From Patescibacteria group bacterium (GTDB lineage: Bacteria > Patescibacteriota > Microgenomatia > UBA1406 > GWC2-37-13), in the NCBI GenBank assembly GCA_040881235.1, contig JBBEDP010000040.1, positions 1-30,048 on the forward strand: a stretch of DNA of 30,048 bases. Reading direction: 5' to 3'. The translations under genes were made by a program, and so were the position numbers. Below are positions 18,976 to 27,455 of the stretch, one piece after another; position 1 is the stretch's first letter; every line of letters starts with the position of its first letter. The notes under the pieces were generated by a model. The model searched no databases, was not told the origin of the DNA, and was given only the letters and a program-made list of their open reading frames with translations.

Positions 18976-20561
18976 AACTCTTTTTCAAAAATTATTATTT
19001 TGGGGTGGTCGTAGACAGTAAAGGATTCATCGGCAATGTCATCGTTTATTTCGAAATTAAAATTTCCTATTCGAAAACCCGGATAGGATGTGAATTCAGC
19101 GACTTTTTTAAACCCTAATTCTTCAGAAAATAATCTTTTGTAGTACGATGAACTAATCGGAAAACATATTTTATACATAGAACATGAAGCAAGTTTCTGT
19201 ATAGGGTTATAGAGTCTATTAGAAGCTATAATAATATAATCTGAACGTTCTAATTTGTTTCTAATACTAAACCACTTTTCTTCATTATCAGGCTGGTCAT
19301 AAAGTGTTAATTCTTCATATGTGTAATTTTCTCCATCAAAAATAGGAAGTCGATCATCCCAGTGTTCAACAGCCAAAGTTGAACCTTTTGGAACATTGTT
19401 AATTATCCAGTTTGACGCAGATATCCGCGTGTGTTCTTTTGTATAAATACTTAAAAACAAAAAAGTCCAGATTACAGCCAGGCCAGCCATAATAATTACA
19501 CCTCGCAGGTGTAATTTTTTGGCTTTTAAACTGGTGTAACCAGCTAGAATTACTAAAAATGGGTAGACGGGAAGTATGTAGCGCATAAACTTGACAGCTG
19601 AGTTACCGATAATTAAAAAGTACCAAATATAAAAAACCAAAAATAATAAAATAAACTTATTCTTACCAGAAAATATACGCTGTAAATGTAATGCTTTTGA
19701 TTTGAATAAAAACCATAAGCCTAAAATAGATAAAATACTAATTACTGGGCCAAGTCCCCATAAAAATATATTTTTTAAGTAATGCCAATAGGGGATGGTT
19801 CCTACATATTGTAGAGTATATGGAAAAACATAAGGGTTGCTGTTTAGTTCTAATTGAAGTTTAATATCAACAATAAATTTTGAGTAATTTATATATGCAA
19901 AAGGCATAAAGGTAAAGGTAAAAAGAAATAAGTAAAAAGTAAAAAGAAATAAGTCAGTAAGCCTTTTTTTGCTTTTATAAAAAACAATGATTAATATCAA
20001 GGGAATATAGATTATTGCTGTAAATTTGGACGTTATTGCAGCGGCAAGTGCAATTGAAATGAAGAGAAGTCTTTTTCTACTTGACTTATGTAGATATAAA
20101 AGGGAAGCGTAAAATAAAAGAGTTATAAAAAAATTTAAAAAAGTATCAACAATAAAAAAATGGGAGTTTTGTATCGGAAAGAATGCTACTGTATACAAAA
20201 ATGCTGAAAATAAGGCCACTTCTTCCTTTTTAAAAATAATAATTGCAATCTTGTAAATAAGAAAGATAACTCCAACATCTGCTAAAACAGACAAAAATCT
20301 TCCAAGGTACAGCATTTCCCCATAAAAAGAGTAACTTGTAGAAAAAACAGAGTCTAGAATTTGTCCGGTTCCCTTTAATAAGTAGATTGGAAGAGATCCG
20401 TAGTTAAAAAATTCCGGATTTAAATTTTCAAAAAAATGAATCTTATCAGCAACCATCATTAGCATTCGTTCATCTGGATGCAGATGAGAACCTTGGTCCC
20501 AATTAATTCCTAGAATTCGTAGTAAAAATCCTAAAATAATAATGATTGAGATTTTCCACAT
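18972..20561 (-). CDS. ArnT/PMT-like GT-C glycosyltransferase (LHPDER subfamily)
   Basis: WDQGSHLHPDER, FNYGSLP, IQNSHFFIVD, AAAITSKF, KFMRYILP, EHWDDRLP and ESFTVYDHP; 4-bp overlap with the next gene. Confidence 0.85.
   Translation of the reverse strand: MWKISIIIILGFLLRILGINWDQGSHLHPDERMLMMVADKIHFFENLNPEFFNYGSLPIYLLKGTGQILDSVFSTSYSFYGEMLYLGRFLSVLADVGVIFLIYKIAIIIFKKEEVALFSAFLYTVAFFPIQNSHFFIVDTFLNFFITLLFYASLLYLHKSSRKRLLFISIALAAAITSKFTAIIYIPLILIIVFYKSKKRLTDLFLFTFYLFLFTFTFMPFAYINYSKFIVDIKLQLELNSNPYVFPYTLQYVGTIPYWHYLKNIFLWGLGPVISILSILGLWFLFKSKALHLQRIFSGKNKFILLFLVFYIWYFLIIGNSAVKFMRYILPVYPFLVILAGYTSLKAKKLHLRGVIIMAGLAVIWTFLFLSIYTKEHTRISASNWIINNVPKGSTLAVEHWDDRLPIFDGENYTYEELTLYDQPDNEEKWFSIRNKLERSDYIIIASNRLYNPIQKLASCSMYKICFPISSSYYKRLFSEELGFKKVAEFTSYPGFRIGNFNFEINDDIADESFTVYDHPKIIIFEKEL
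19494..19516. repeat. Perfect 10-3-10 palindrome inside a CDS
   Basis: AATTACACCT-CGC-AGGTGTAATT, encoding KLHLRGVI on the minus strand. Confidence 0.8.
19915..19956. repeat. Six-unit period-7 array inside a CDS
   Basis: aaggtaa aaagaaa taagtaa aaagtaa aaagaaa taagtca; G recurs every 7 bp from 19918 to 19953; encodes DLFLFTFYLFLFTF. Confidence 0.75.
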
Positions 20562-20579
20562 TTTATCTATAATGATAAC

Positions 20580-21422
20580 ATGCTTCCTATATTATTGGAT
20601 TTGCCAGTTATAAAAATCTATACAAATGGCGTTTTTTTGGTCTTGGCGTTTTTTTGGGGTTCGTTTCTTTTGTGGAAAAATTTTCTTTTAACATCTCGAA
20701 AAGAGGAAGAAATATTTGACGGCTTATTTATATCAATATCAGGGGGATTATTGTTGGGCAGAGTGTTTCATGTAGCTTTAAACTTTGAAGATTTTGGGTT
20801 CAGTATTTTTAAATTTATTCTAATAAATGGTTACCCCGGTATTTCAATTTACGGATTTTTAATCGGTGCATTCGTCTCTATGTGGCTTTATTTCAATATG
20901 AGGAACATTGATATAAGGGAAACGTTTGACTATGTTATTCCTGCTGCTTTTTTAGCTTTAGGACTTGGAAAATTAGGCTCATTTTTATCTGGAAGTGAGA
21001 TAGGCGGTAGAACAAACTTTGTATTATCCTTAGAATACCCTGGACTTGAAGGGTCAAGACATTTGACCTCATTATACGAAGGAATAATATTTTTAATAGC
21101 ATGTTTTTTATCTTATAAGTTACTTTTTGCAGTAAGACGAGATAAGTTTCTAAAAGGTTCAAACTTTTTCTTTTTTTGGTGGTTTTTCTCTTTAATTTTT
21201 CTAATTATAGATCCATTAAAAACAGATAAAACAATATTATTTGGCTTTGGTTTTAACTTCCTTTTATCTGCAGTTCTACTATTGACATTTACTTTGATAT
21301 TCATATATCATTTCAGAAGCTTTATATTTGAGCGGCTTAAATTATTAAAATTTAAACAACTAAAAAATGGCAAAAAAGTTTTCAAAAACATTCATAAAAA
21401 AGAAAAAAGAAAGTCTTCTTAA
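20580..21422 (+). CDS. lgt: Prolipoprotein diacylglyceryl transferase family protein, highly divergent
   Basis: Lgt layout recognisable (LGRVFHV, GISIYG, FDYVIP, LGKLGSFLSG, RHLTSLYEG), but several catalytic residues are substituted. TATAAT(20568-20573) lies 6 nt before the ATG. Confidence 0.8.
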   Translation: MLPILLDLPVIKIYTNGVFLVLAFFWGSFLLWKNFLLTSRKEEEIFDGLFISISGGLLLGRVFHVALNFEDFGFSIFKFILINGYPGISIYGFLIGAFVSMWLYFNMRNIDIRETFDYVIPAAFLALGLGKLGSFLSGSEIGGRTNFVLSLEYPGLEGSRHLTSLYEGIIFLIACFLSYKLLFAVRRDKFLKGSNFFFFWWFFSLIFLIIDPLKTDKTILFGFGFNFLLSAVLLLTFTLIFIYHFRSFIFERLKLLKFKQLKNGKKVFKNIHKKEKRKSS

Positions 21423-21732
21423 AGACAGAGAAGAAACCCTTCGACAAATAGAAGAACTAAAAAAAGATGATCCATTTGCAGATCCTGACCACGCTTCTGA
21501 TAATGCTGCAATTGATACTGATGTGAGAGAGCAAGTAGGCCACGATACAATACAGGCGCAAATAAAATCTCTAAATCGGAAAATAGAATTTATTGAAAGA
21601 GCATTTGAAAAAATTGCAAAAAATAAGTATGGAGTTTGTGAGAGATGTGAAAATCAAATCCCTTCAAAAAGATTAGATCTTATTCCAGAGGCTAAATACT
21701 GTATCAACTGCGAGCAAGAACTCATACAGTAA
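21367..21732 (+). CDS. DksA/TraR family C4 zinc-finger protein
   Basis: Coiled coil followed by YGVCERCENQIPSKRLDLIPEAKYCINC. Confidence 0.92.
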   Translation: MAKKFSKTFIKKKKESLLKDREETLRQIEELKKDDPFADPDHASDNAAIDTDVREQVGHDTIQAQIKSLNRKIEFIERAFEKIAKNKYGVCERCENQIPSKRLDLIPEAKYCINCEQELIQ

Positions 21733-21745
21733 TATATAATTTTTT

Positions 21746-23470
21746 ATGGGGCAGATACCATTTGAGACTTTTATAAGCTTTTTTATATTCCTTTTTGTAC
21801 CATTCATATTCGGATTTTTAGCAAAAAAAATAAATATCTCGCCCTTGGTTGGCTATATAATTGGTGGAGTTATACTCGGGAATTTTTTTCAAGGCATTAT
21901 ATCTTCAGATATAATTAACGGCTTTGCCTATATTGGGATTGCTTTACTACTTTTTACAGTTGGCATAAATATAAATTTACAAAAAGTTTTTGTATTGAAG
22001 AGATTTATACTTTTGGGAGGGCTTCTTCAACTCCTTTTAACCACTTTTTTTGTAGCAATTGTCAGTAGTTTTTTCGGGTTTACCCCTTTACAGTCTTTTC
22101 TAATTGCCATTGCTTTTGTATCATCGTCAACAGCTATTGTTTCTAAAATAATACAAGATAGGGGAGAAGAGGATTCTTTTTTAGGAGAAGTGACTGTTGG
22201 AATTTTAATGTTCCAGGATTTAGCTTTTATTCCACTTATACTCATATTTACTCTTTTTAACAGTCAAAATGTATCATTTCTGGAGCTTACAAAGAACGTT
22301 TTCATATCTCTTGCTATAGCTGCTTTAATTCTATACTTAACGTTTTTTATTGGAAAAAGAGTCATACCAATACTTTTTGATATAGTTGCAAAAGTTTCAA
22401 GAGAACTTCTAAATTTACTTGTTTTTATTTTTATGTTTTTTATTGTGGGCGTATTTTCACTATTAAATCTTCACATATTTGTTGGGGCATTTATTGCAGG
22501 AGTATTAATTGCACAGAGCCTTGAGCACTTTCATATTTTTTCTCAGATAAGGCCATTACGAGACATCACGGCAATAGTTTTCCTTGTTTTTATTGGAACG
22601 AATATACAGGTTAGTGAAATTATTTCTATAATACCGCAAGTACTATTTTTTACCTTACTGATTATTACAGCAAAAGTAATAATATTTTTGAGCTTGTTTT
22701 TATATTTTAAATTTTCTTCAAGAATGGCCTTTACTATCGCTATTTTCTTATTTCAGATAAGTGAAAATGCATTTATTTTAATTTTGTTAGCTTACTTTAA
22801 TGGTGTATTTTCATCACAACAATTTACTTTTTTAATAACAGCTGTAATATTGAGCCTCTTAATTACTCCATGGATTATAAATAATAAATACAATATATAT
22901 TATTTCATACGTTTATTTTTCAAGAAATATATACCTGCTATTGAAGTATTTATTAAACATAAGTTAGATTTTGATAAATCTCCATTAGAAGAGTTTGCTA
23001 TTGCTGATCATGTTGTGATATGCGGATATGGACGCATCGGTTCTACTGTAGGAAGATCCTTGAACTTAGCCAATATACCTTTTATAGGCATAGACTACAA
23101 TATAAATACTGTTGAAAAGGCAAAAAAAGAGGGAGTTAATGTAGTCTATGGGGATCCAACAGACATGGATACTTTAAAATTTGTAAAGACAGGAAAAGCC
23201 CTCGCAGTGGTTGTATCTGTTCCTGGAAAAACAAATCAGGAAGCTGTTATATTGAATTCAAAAAAACTCAGTCCTAGCATATATATAATTAGTAGGGTAC
23301 ATAACTCAACAGACCAGGAAAGAGCCCTTGATTTAGGTGCAAAATATGTAGTTAGATCGGAAATTGAAGCGTCTTTATCGATTGTCAAAAAACTTTTTCT
23401 ACTTAAAAAAATGCCTAAAGATGAAGTAGTGAAGAGGCTTAGAAATATTAGGTTAATGAAAAATCCTTAG
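21746..23470 (+). CDS. CPA2 cation:proton antiporter with C-terminal TrkA-N/RCK domain (KefB/KefC-like)
   Basis: LLLFTVG, SSTAIVSKI, ILMFQDL, GAFIAG and FQISENAF; C-terminal VVICGYGRIG...YGDPTD. Confidence 0.92.
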   Translation: MGQIPFETFISFFIFLFVPFIFGFLAKKINISPLVGYIIGGVILGNFFQGIISSDIINGFAYIGIALLLFTVGININLQKVFVLKRFILLGGLLQLLLTTFFVAIVSSFFGFTPLQSFLIAIAFVSSSTAIVSKIIQDRGEEDSFLGEVTVGILMFQDLAFIPLILIFTLFNSQNVSFLELTKNVFISLAIAALILYLTFFIGKRVIPILFDIVAKVSRELLNLLVFIFMFFIVGVFSLLNLHIFVGAFIAGVLIAQSLEHFHIFSQIRPLRDITAIVFLVFIGTNIQVSEIISIIPQVLFFTLLIITAKVIIFLSLFLYFKFSSRMAFTIAIFLFQISENAFILILLAYFNGVFSSQQFTFLITAVILSLLITPWIINNKYNIYYFIRLFFKKYIPAIEVFIKHKLDFDKSPLEEFAIADHVVICGYGRIGSTVGRSLNLANIPFIGIDYNINTVEKAKKEGVNVVYGDPTDMDTLKFVKTGKALAVVVSVPGKTNQEAVILNSKKLSPSIYIISRVHNSTDQERALDLGAKYVVRSEIEASLSIVKKLFLLKKMPKDEVVKRLRNIRLMKNP

Positions 23471-23478
23471 TTTTAAAA

Positions 23479-24387
23479 ATGAAGAAGAGGCAGGAGAAAC
23501 AAATAAAAAACAATTTAAAGAAAGTTACTTTAACCTTGATTTTATTGGGTTTTTTCGTGTTTTTCATTGTACAAACATACAACTCGCTAATATATAAGCG
23601 TCCGGATCGCATAAACGTATTTATTCTAGATGAAAGGCCCACCTTGCTTTCTATTAGTACGTCTGGCGAATCTAATTATATTTTAAATTTTTATTCGGAT
23701 CTTAAAATTAATGTCCCTGGAGGTTTTGGTTTTTATAGAGTAGGCGCATTAAATAAGCTTGTAGATTTGGAAAAAGACCCGGATTTATATAAACGAGCTC
23801 TGACTGGCACGATTCTTACATTTACCGAGTATTATTTTTATCCAAGAAGCGTAGATATTGATTATGGAAAAAAAGAAGACATTAGTATAGTTGAGCCTAG
23901 AATAAGAAACATTTTGTTTAGTAAATCAAACGCCAATTTTTTAGATAGATTATATTTAGCGTACAAAGTCTTGACGCTTAAAAAAAATAGTATTAGATTT
24001 CTTGATACTCCAGAAAAAATAAATATTTCTAAAGACCTAGTTTTTGACAGCGAAAGATTTGAGGAGAAATATAATGGTTTGTTTTTTCATAGTACCTATA
24101 GGAAAGAAAGAAAAAGCGTTCAAGTTTTATATACGAAAGAATATACAAGCGCAGATATAGTAGCCCAAACCTTAGAGAACTCCGGTATAAGAGTTGTAGA
24201 TATTTCGAAAAGCAGTATGACCGATAATAATTGTGAAATTATTGAAACGCAAAAACCATTTTCTGAAACAGCAAAGGATATTAGTAATTTTTTTAGTTGC
24301 AAGCTTGTTTTAGGCGAGAGTGAAATCTCTGATATAATAGTGAATCTAGGCGATATTGAAAGAAAATGGTCTAACAGCAAAAACTAA
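23479..24387 (+). CDS. Single-pass membrane protein with LytR_C-like C-terminal domain
   Basis: N-terminal basic patch and TM helix; C-terminal SVQVLYTK...ADIVAQTLENSGIRVVDIS...DIIVNLG pattern and a Cys pair. Confidence 0.55.
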   Translation: MKKRQEKQIKNNLKKVTLTLILLGFFVFFIVQTYNSLIYKRPDRINVFILDERPTLLSISTSGESNYILNFYSDLKINVPGGFGFYRVGALNKLVDLEKDPDLYKRALTGTILTFTEYYFYPRSVDIDYGKKEDISIVEPRIRNILFSKSNANFLDRLYLAYKVLTLKKNSIRFLDTPEKINISKDLVFDSERFEEKYNGLFFHSTYRKERKSVQVLYTKEYTSADIVAQTLENSGIRVVDISKSSMTDNNCEIIETQKPFSETAKDISNFFSCKLVLGESEISDIIVNLGDIERKWSNSKN

Positions 24388-24393
24388 TTTTAT

Positions 24394-24588
24394 ATGATCA
24401 TAACACTAATTTTAATTCTAATTTTATTTATATCATTTTTGCTAGCGTATAAGTCAATGGGCGATATGGAAGCCCCAAAGGAACTTAAACATTTTATAAG
24501 TAAAAGAAAACTAAGAGGGTCGATAGTATTTTTAAAAAATAAAATCAAACACTATTCTTCTTCGCTATCATCGTCATCTGAAGAATAG
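24394..24588 (+). CDS. Small membrane-anchored hypothetical protein
   Basis: 64 aa with an N-terminal TM helix, starting 6 nt after the previous stop. Confidence 0.55.
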   Translation: MIITLILILILFISFLLAYKSMGDMEAPKELKHFISKRKLRGSIVFLKNKIKHYSSSLSSSSEE

Positions 24589-25352
24589 GGTAGATATATT
24601 TTTTCTTCTTGAGCTGCTAAGTTCTCCTCAAAACTGTCAATCTCGTTGTGAGTAACATCAGTGTCGTCTAATTCTCCAGACGCGTCTTGTTTTTCTTTCT
24701 CTTGGAGGCGAGCAAGATCATGCTGCATATCTTTTGTAAAAGACGTGTATTTTGAGTACTTTTTCCCTTTTTTTACTTCTTTTATAAATACACTTATATT
24801 ATTGAGCGAGAAATCCTGAACAAATCCTTTATATTTATTTCCTCCTTTTATAAATAAATACAAAGTTTTAGATACATCATCTGGCACAGATCCGAGATAC
24901 TCATTTGCTTCGGTGCGTACTTCAATTTTCCTTTTTTTAGGGGTAAGCTCAACTATTTGTCCAATTGTAAGTTGGGCTAATGCACTTTTTTGCCCTAATT
25001 TAACTAAATTAATACTTTTTGTTTTTCCAGGAATTTCCAGAAATAAATTAGGGTCAAACCTAACAATAATTTTCTTGCTTTTTTTACCCTTTTTCCCTTC
25101 GAGAATCTGAATTCTCTCTAAACTATCTTGAGCTAGTTGGTTTTTTGGCTGGAGTTTTAAAGCTTTTTTATAGTTTTTTTTCGCATTTGGAAATTCACTT
25201 TTTTGCATATAAGCAAAACCCAGCCTTAAAAATGCATTTAGATTCTTTTTGTCTTTTGAAACAATCTTATTATTGAGTTTAATTGCAGACTTCCAATCAG
25301 AGTTAATTGCTGCGTCTATTGCTTGTTTTTCTAAAGTTTCTCGATCTTCCAT
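24552..25352 (-). CDS. TPR-repeat protein with HIRAN-like domain and acidic tail
   Basis: TPR helices (AFLRLGFAYMQ...AKKNYKKALKLQPKN), then IGQIVEL...YLGSVPDDVSKTLYLFIKGGNKYKGFV and an Asp/Glu tail. Confidence 0.8.
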   Translation of the reverse strand: MEDRETLEKQAIDAAINSDWKSAIKLNNKIVSKDKKNLNAFLRLGFAYMQKSEFPNAKKNYKKALKLQPKNQLAQDSLERIQILEGKKGKKSKKIIVRFDPNLFLEIPGKTKSINLVKLGQKSALAQLTIGQIVELTPKKRKIEVRTEANEYLGSVPDDVSKTLYLFIKGGNKYKGFVQDFSLNNISVFIKEVKKGKKYSKYTSFTKDMQHDLARLQEKEKQDASGELDDTDVTHNEIDSFEENLAAQEEKIYLPYSSDDDDSEEE

Positions 25353-25361
25353 AACCTTGAA

Positions 25362-25389
25362 AGTATAGGGAATATGGAAAAGAAGTCAA
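25362..25389 (-). promoter_or_regulatory. Sigma70 promoter for the TPR gene
   Basis: TTGACT(25384-25389)-16 bp-TATACT(25362-25367)-9 nt-ATG. Confidence 0.65.
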
Positions 25390-25423
25390 GTATAATAATT
25401 TTAATAAAAATTACTTATTGTTC

Positions 25424-25456
25424 AGTTAACGAGTTTTGCGAGTTAACGAGTTAATT
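25424..25456 (+). repeat. AGTTAACG octamer array
   Basis: agttaacg agttttgcg agttaacg agttaatt. Confidence 0.75.
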
Positions 25457-25485
25457 TATAAATTAACAATTTTTGTATATTTATT

Positions 25486-26232
25486 ATGTCTGGTCATTCT
25501 AAATGGTCTCAAATTAAAAGAAAAAAAGGGATAAAAGATCAACAGAAAGGAGCGGTCTTTACTAAAATATCAAAACTTATCTCACTTTCCGTTTCAGAAA
25601 GCGGAATCATAGATCCTATAAATAATATAAAGCTAAGACTTGCTATTGCTCAGGCTAAAAACGCAAATATGCCAAAAGAGAATATTACAAGAGCAATAGA
25701 AAAGGGGATGGGCCCGGATAAAGAAAGCATCATAGATCTAACCTATGAGGGATTTGGACCAATGGGCGTTGTTTTTATGATTCATGCAACAACTGACAAT
25801 CAAAATCGAACTCATGCCCAGATAAAACAAACTCTTGAAAGGAACAATGGTAAAATCGGAGCTCAAGGATCGGTATCATATCAATTTAAAAAATGCGGAT
25901 TAATAACTTTGAATAAAGATGCTGAAAAAGAAGAAGAGGTTTTTAAATTTTCAGATGAAATTCAAGCATTTGATATAGACGATGATAGTGATCATTATTT
26001 TATTTACTTTCCTTTTGAAAATATGGGGAAAATCCCAGAAAAATCGAGTTTAAAATCCGAAATAAATCCGGAACTTGATTACAAGCCTTTAGCTTATGTT
26101 AAAATAAATGAAGCTGATACAGCAAAAAAAATATTAAATTTAGTTAGTCAAATAGAGAGTATAGAAGATGTACATAAAGTTTATTCTAACTTTGATATAC
26201 GGGAAGAAGTAATGGAGAATTTGGAAGTTTGA
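25486..26232 (+). CDS. yebC: YebC/PmpR family protein
   Basis: MSGHSKWSQIKRKK, NMPKENITRAI, YEGFGPMG, DNQNRT, GSVSYQF and EDVHKVYSN. Confidence 0.96.
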   Translation: MSGHSKWSQIKRKKGIKDQQKGAVFTKISKLISLSVSESGIIDPINNIKLRLAIAQAKNANMPKENITRAIEKGMGPDKESIIDLTYEGFGPMGVVFMIHATTDNQNRTHAQIKQTLERNNGKIGAQGSVSYQFKKCGLITLNKDAEKEEEVFKFSDEIQAFDIDDDSDHYFIYFPFENMGKIPEKSSLKSEINPELDYKPLAYVKINEADTAKKILNLVSQIESIEDVHKVYSNFDIREEVMENLEV

Positions 26233-26241
26233 GGCTTAAAT

Positions 26242-27063
26242 ATGCTAAGAATAAAAATCCCTTTTGATAAAAATAAAATAATTAACTCATTCTTAAAGAT
26301 TAAAAAACGGCTGAGATTTGTAATCAGTACATTACTACTTAGCGCTCTTATGCTTTTTTCAACCTTTTTTCTTTTTGATAAAGCGTGGGTATTTATTCCA
26401 ATTCTTGGACTAGCAGCATATGCGTTTACATACTTTTCAATAATAGAAGGGATTAAAAAGTCAGAGTGGCTAACTCTTTTTATACTTCCTGTTTTTTTTA
26501 CGATATCTTTTTACCTTTTTTACTTTTTATTTCCTGTGAGGTGGCTTACTAGGCTCCCTTTTGTGTTAATTTATGGAGTATCAATTTACGCTATGTTTTT
26601 GACCTCAAATATATTGAATGTTGGAGTAGAGAAGAGTCTCCAATTATACAGGGCGGCATATTCAGTAAATTACTTTTATCAAACTGTAATTGTGTTTTTG
26701 TTTTCTAATATTTTATTCTCATTTAAAATTAATTATTTAGTAAATGCTTTGGGGTTGGGGATTGTAGTGTTTCCTTTGGCAGTTCAGCTACTATGGAGTA
26801 TAAAACTCGATATTGTATTGGAAAAGACCCTATATCTATACGCAATTCTTATAAGCATGATTATTGCGCAAATTGCTTTAATAGCCTCATTTTTGCCTCT
26901 CACAGCCTCTATATCAGCTCTTTTAGTCACATCCTCATACTATTGCCTATCAGGTTTAATAAATGCTTATTTGGACAATAGGCTTTTTAAACAGACAATA
27001 AGGGAATATTTATTTGTGTGGCTATTTGTAATTATTACAGCTACGCTTACAATAGGATTTTAA
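26242..27063 (+). CDS. Conserved-looking multi-pass membrane protein of unknown function
   Basis: 273 aa with about 8-9 hydrophobic helices, LFILPVFFT and SLQLYRAA motifs; operonic with yebC. Confidence 0.7.
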   Translation: MLRIKIPFDKNKIINSFLKIKKRLRFVISTLLLSALMLFSTFFLFDKAWVFIPILGLAAYAFTYFSIIEGIKKSEWLTLFILPVFFTISFYLFYFLFPVRWLTRLPFVLIYGVSIYAMFLTSNILNVGVEKSLQLYRAAYSVNYFYQTVIVFLFSNILFSFKINYLVNALGLGIVVFPLAVQLLWSIKLDIVLEKTLYLYAILISMIIAQIALIASFLPLTASISALLVTSSYYCLSGLINAYLDNRLFKQTIREYLFVWLFVIITATLTIGF

Positions 27064-27243
27064 TGGGATACGTAGAAAGTGGAGGAGAGGGGAAGGTAAA
27101 ATTATAAAATTATTCATAAGTGACGGACGTGAATAATAGACCTATAGTCTAATTTAATTAAAACTATAGGGTATTAACTGAAGCTAAAAAAAGAATATTT
27201 AATTTAATTGTAGCCATGCTTAATGCGCAAGCCAAATATAATA

Positions 27244-27455
27244 TTTAGACTATTACTACGCTCTAAAGTTAGTTCCATCAATTTTACCGCATGTGGATAA
27301 CATTATAAAATAGCCTCAATATTATCAATTTAGACTATTACAACAGTCTAAATTAAGCCAATATATAGAACTATATCATTTGCACTGGTATTTAAACATA
27401 AGTAGATAATAACTAGCTTTGAATTTGCTTATTTAGAACTATAGAAGGCTCTAAA
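27244..27455. repeat. Three TTTAGA-N12-TCTAAA palindromic sites
   Basis: 27244-27267, 27329-27352 and 27432-27455, all with a 12-nt spacer. Confidence 0.85.
27292..27300 (-). promoter_or_regulatory. Perfect DnaA box (TTATCCACA)
   Basis: TGTGGATAA on the + strand. The match is exact; function is unproven. Confidence 0.45.

Noticed and set aside
18112-24380. Short ORFs 18112-18321, 18755-18988, 20935-21162, 21113-21304, 22027-22245, 23448-23642 and 24120-24380
   Set aside because: Overlap established genes out of frame or antisense; no independent support.
27078-27097. G-quadruplex, or KOPS GGGAAGGT (7/8 match to GGGNAGGG)
   Set aside because: Only two-tier G-tracts and one imperfect octamer. 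Used only as part of the skew observation.
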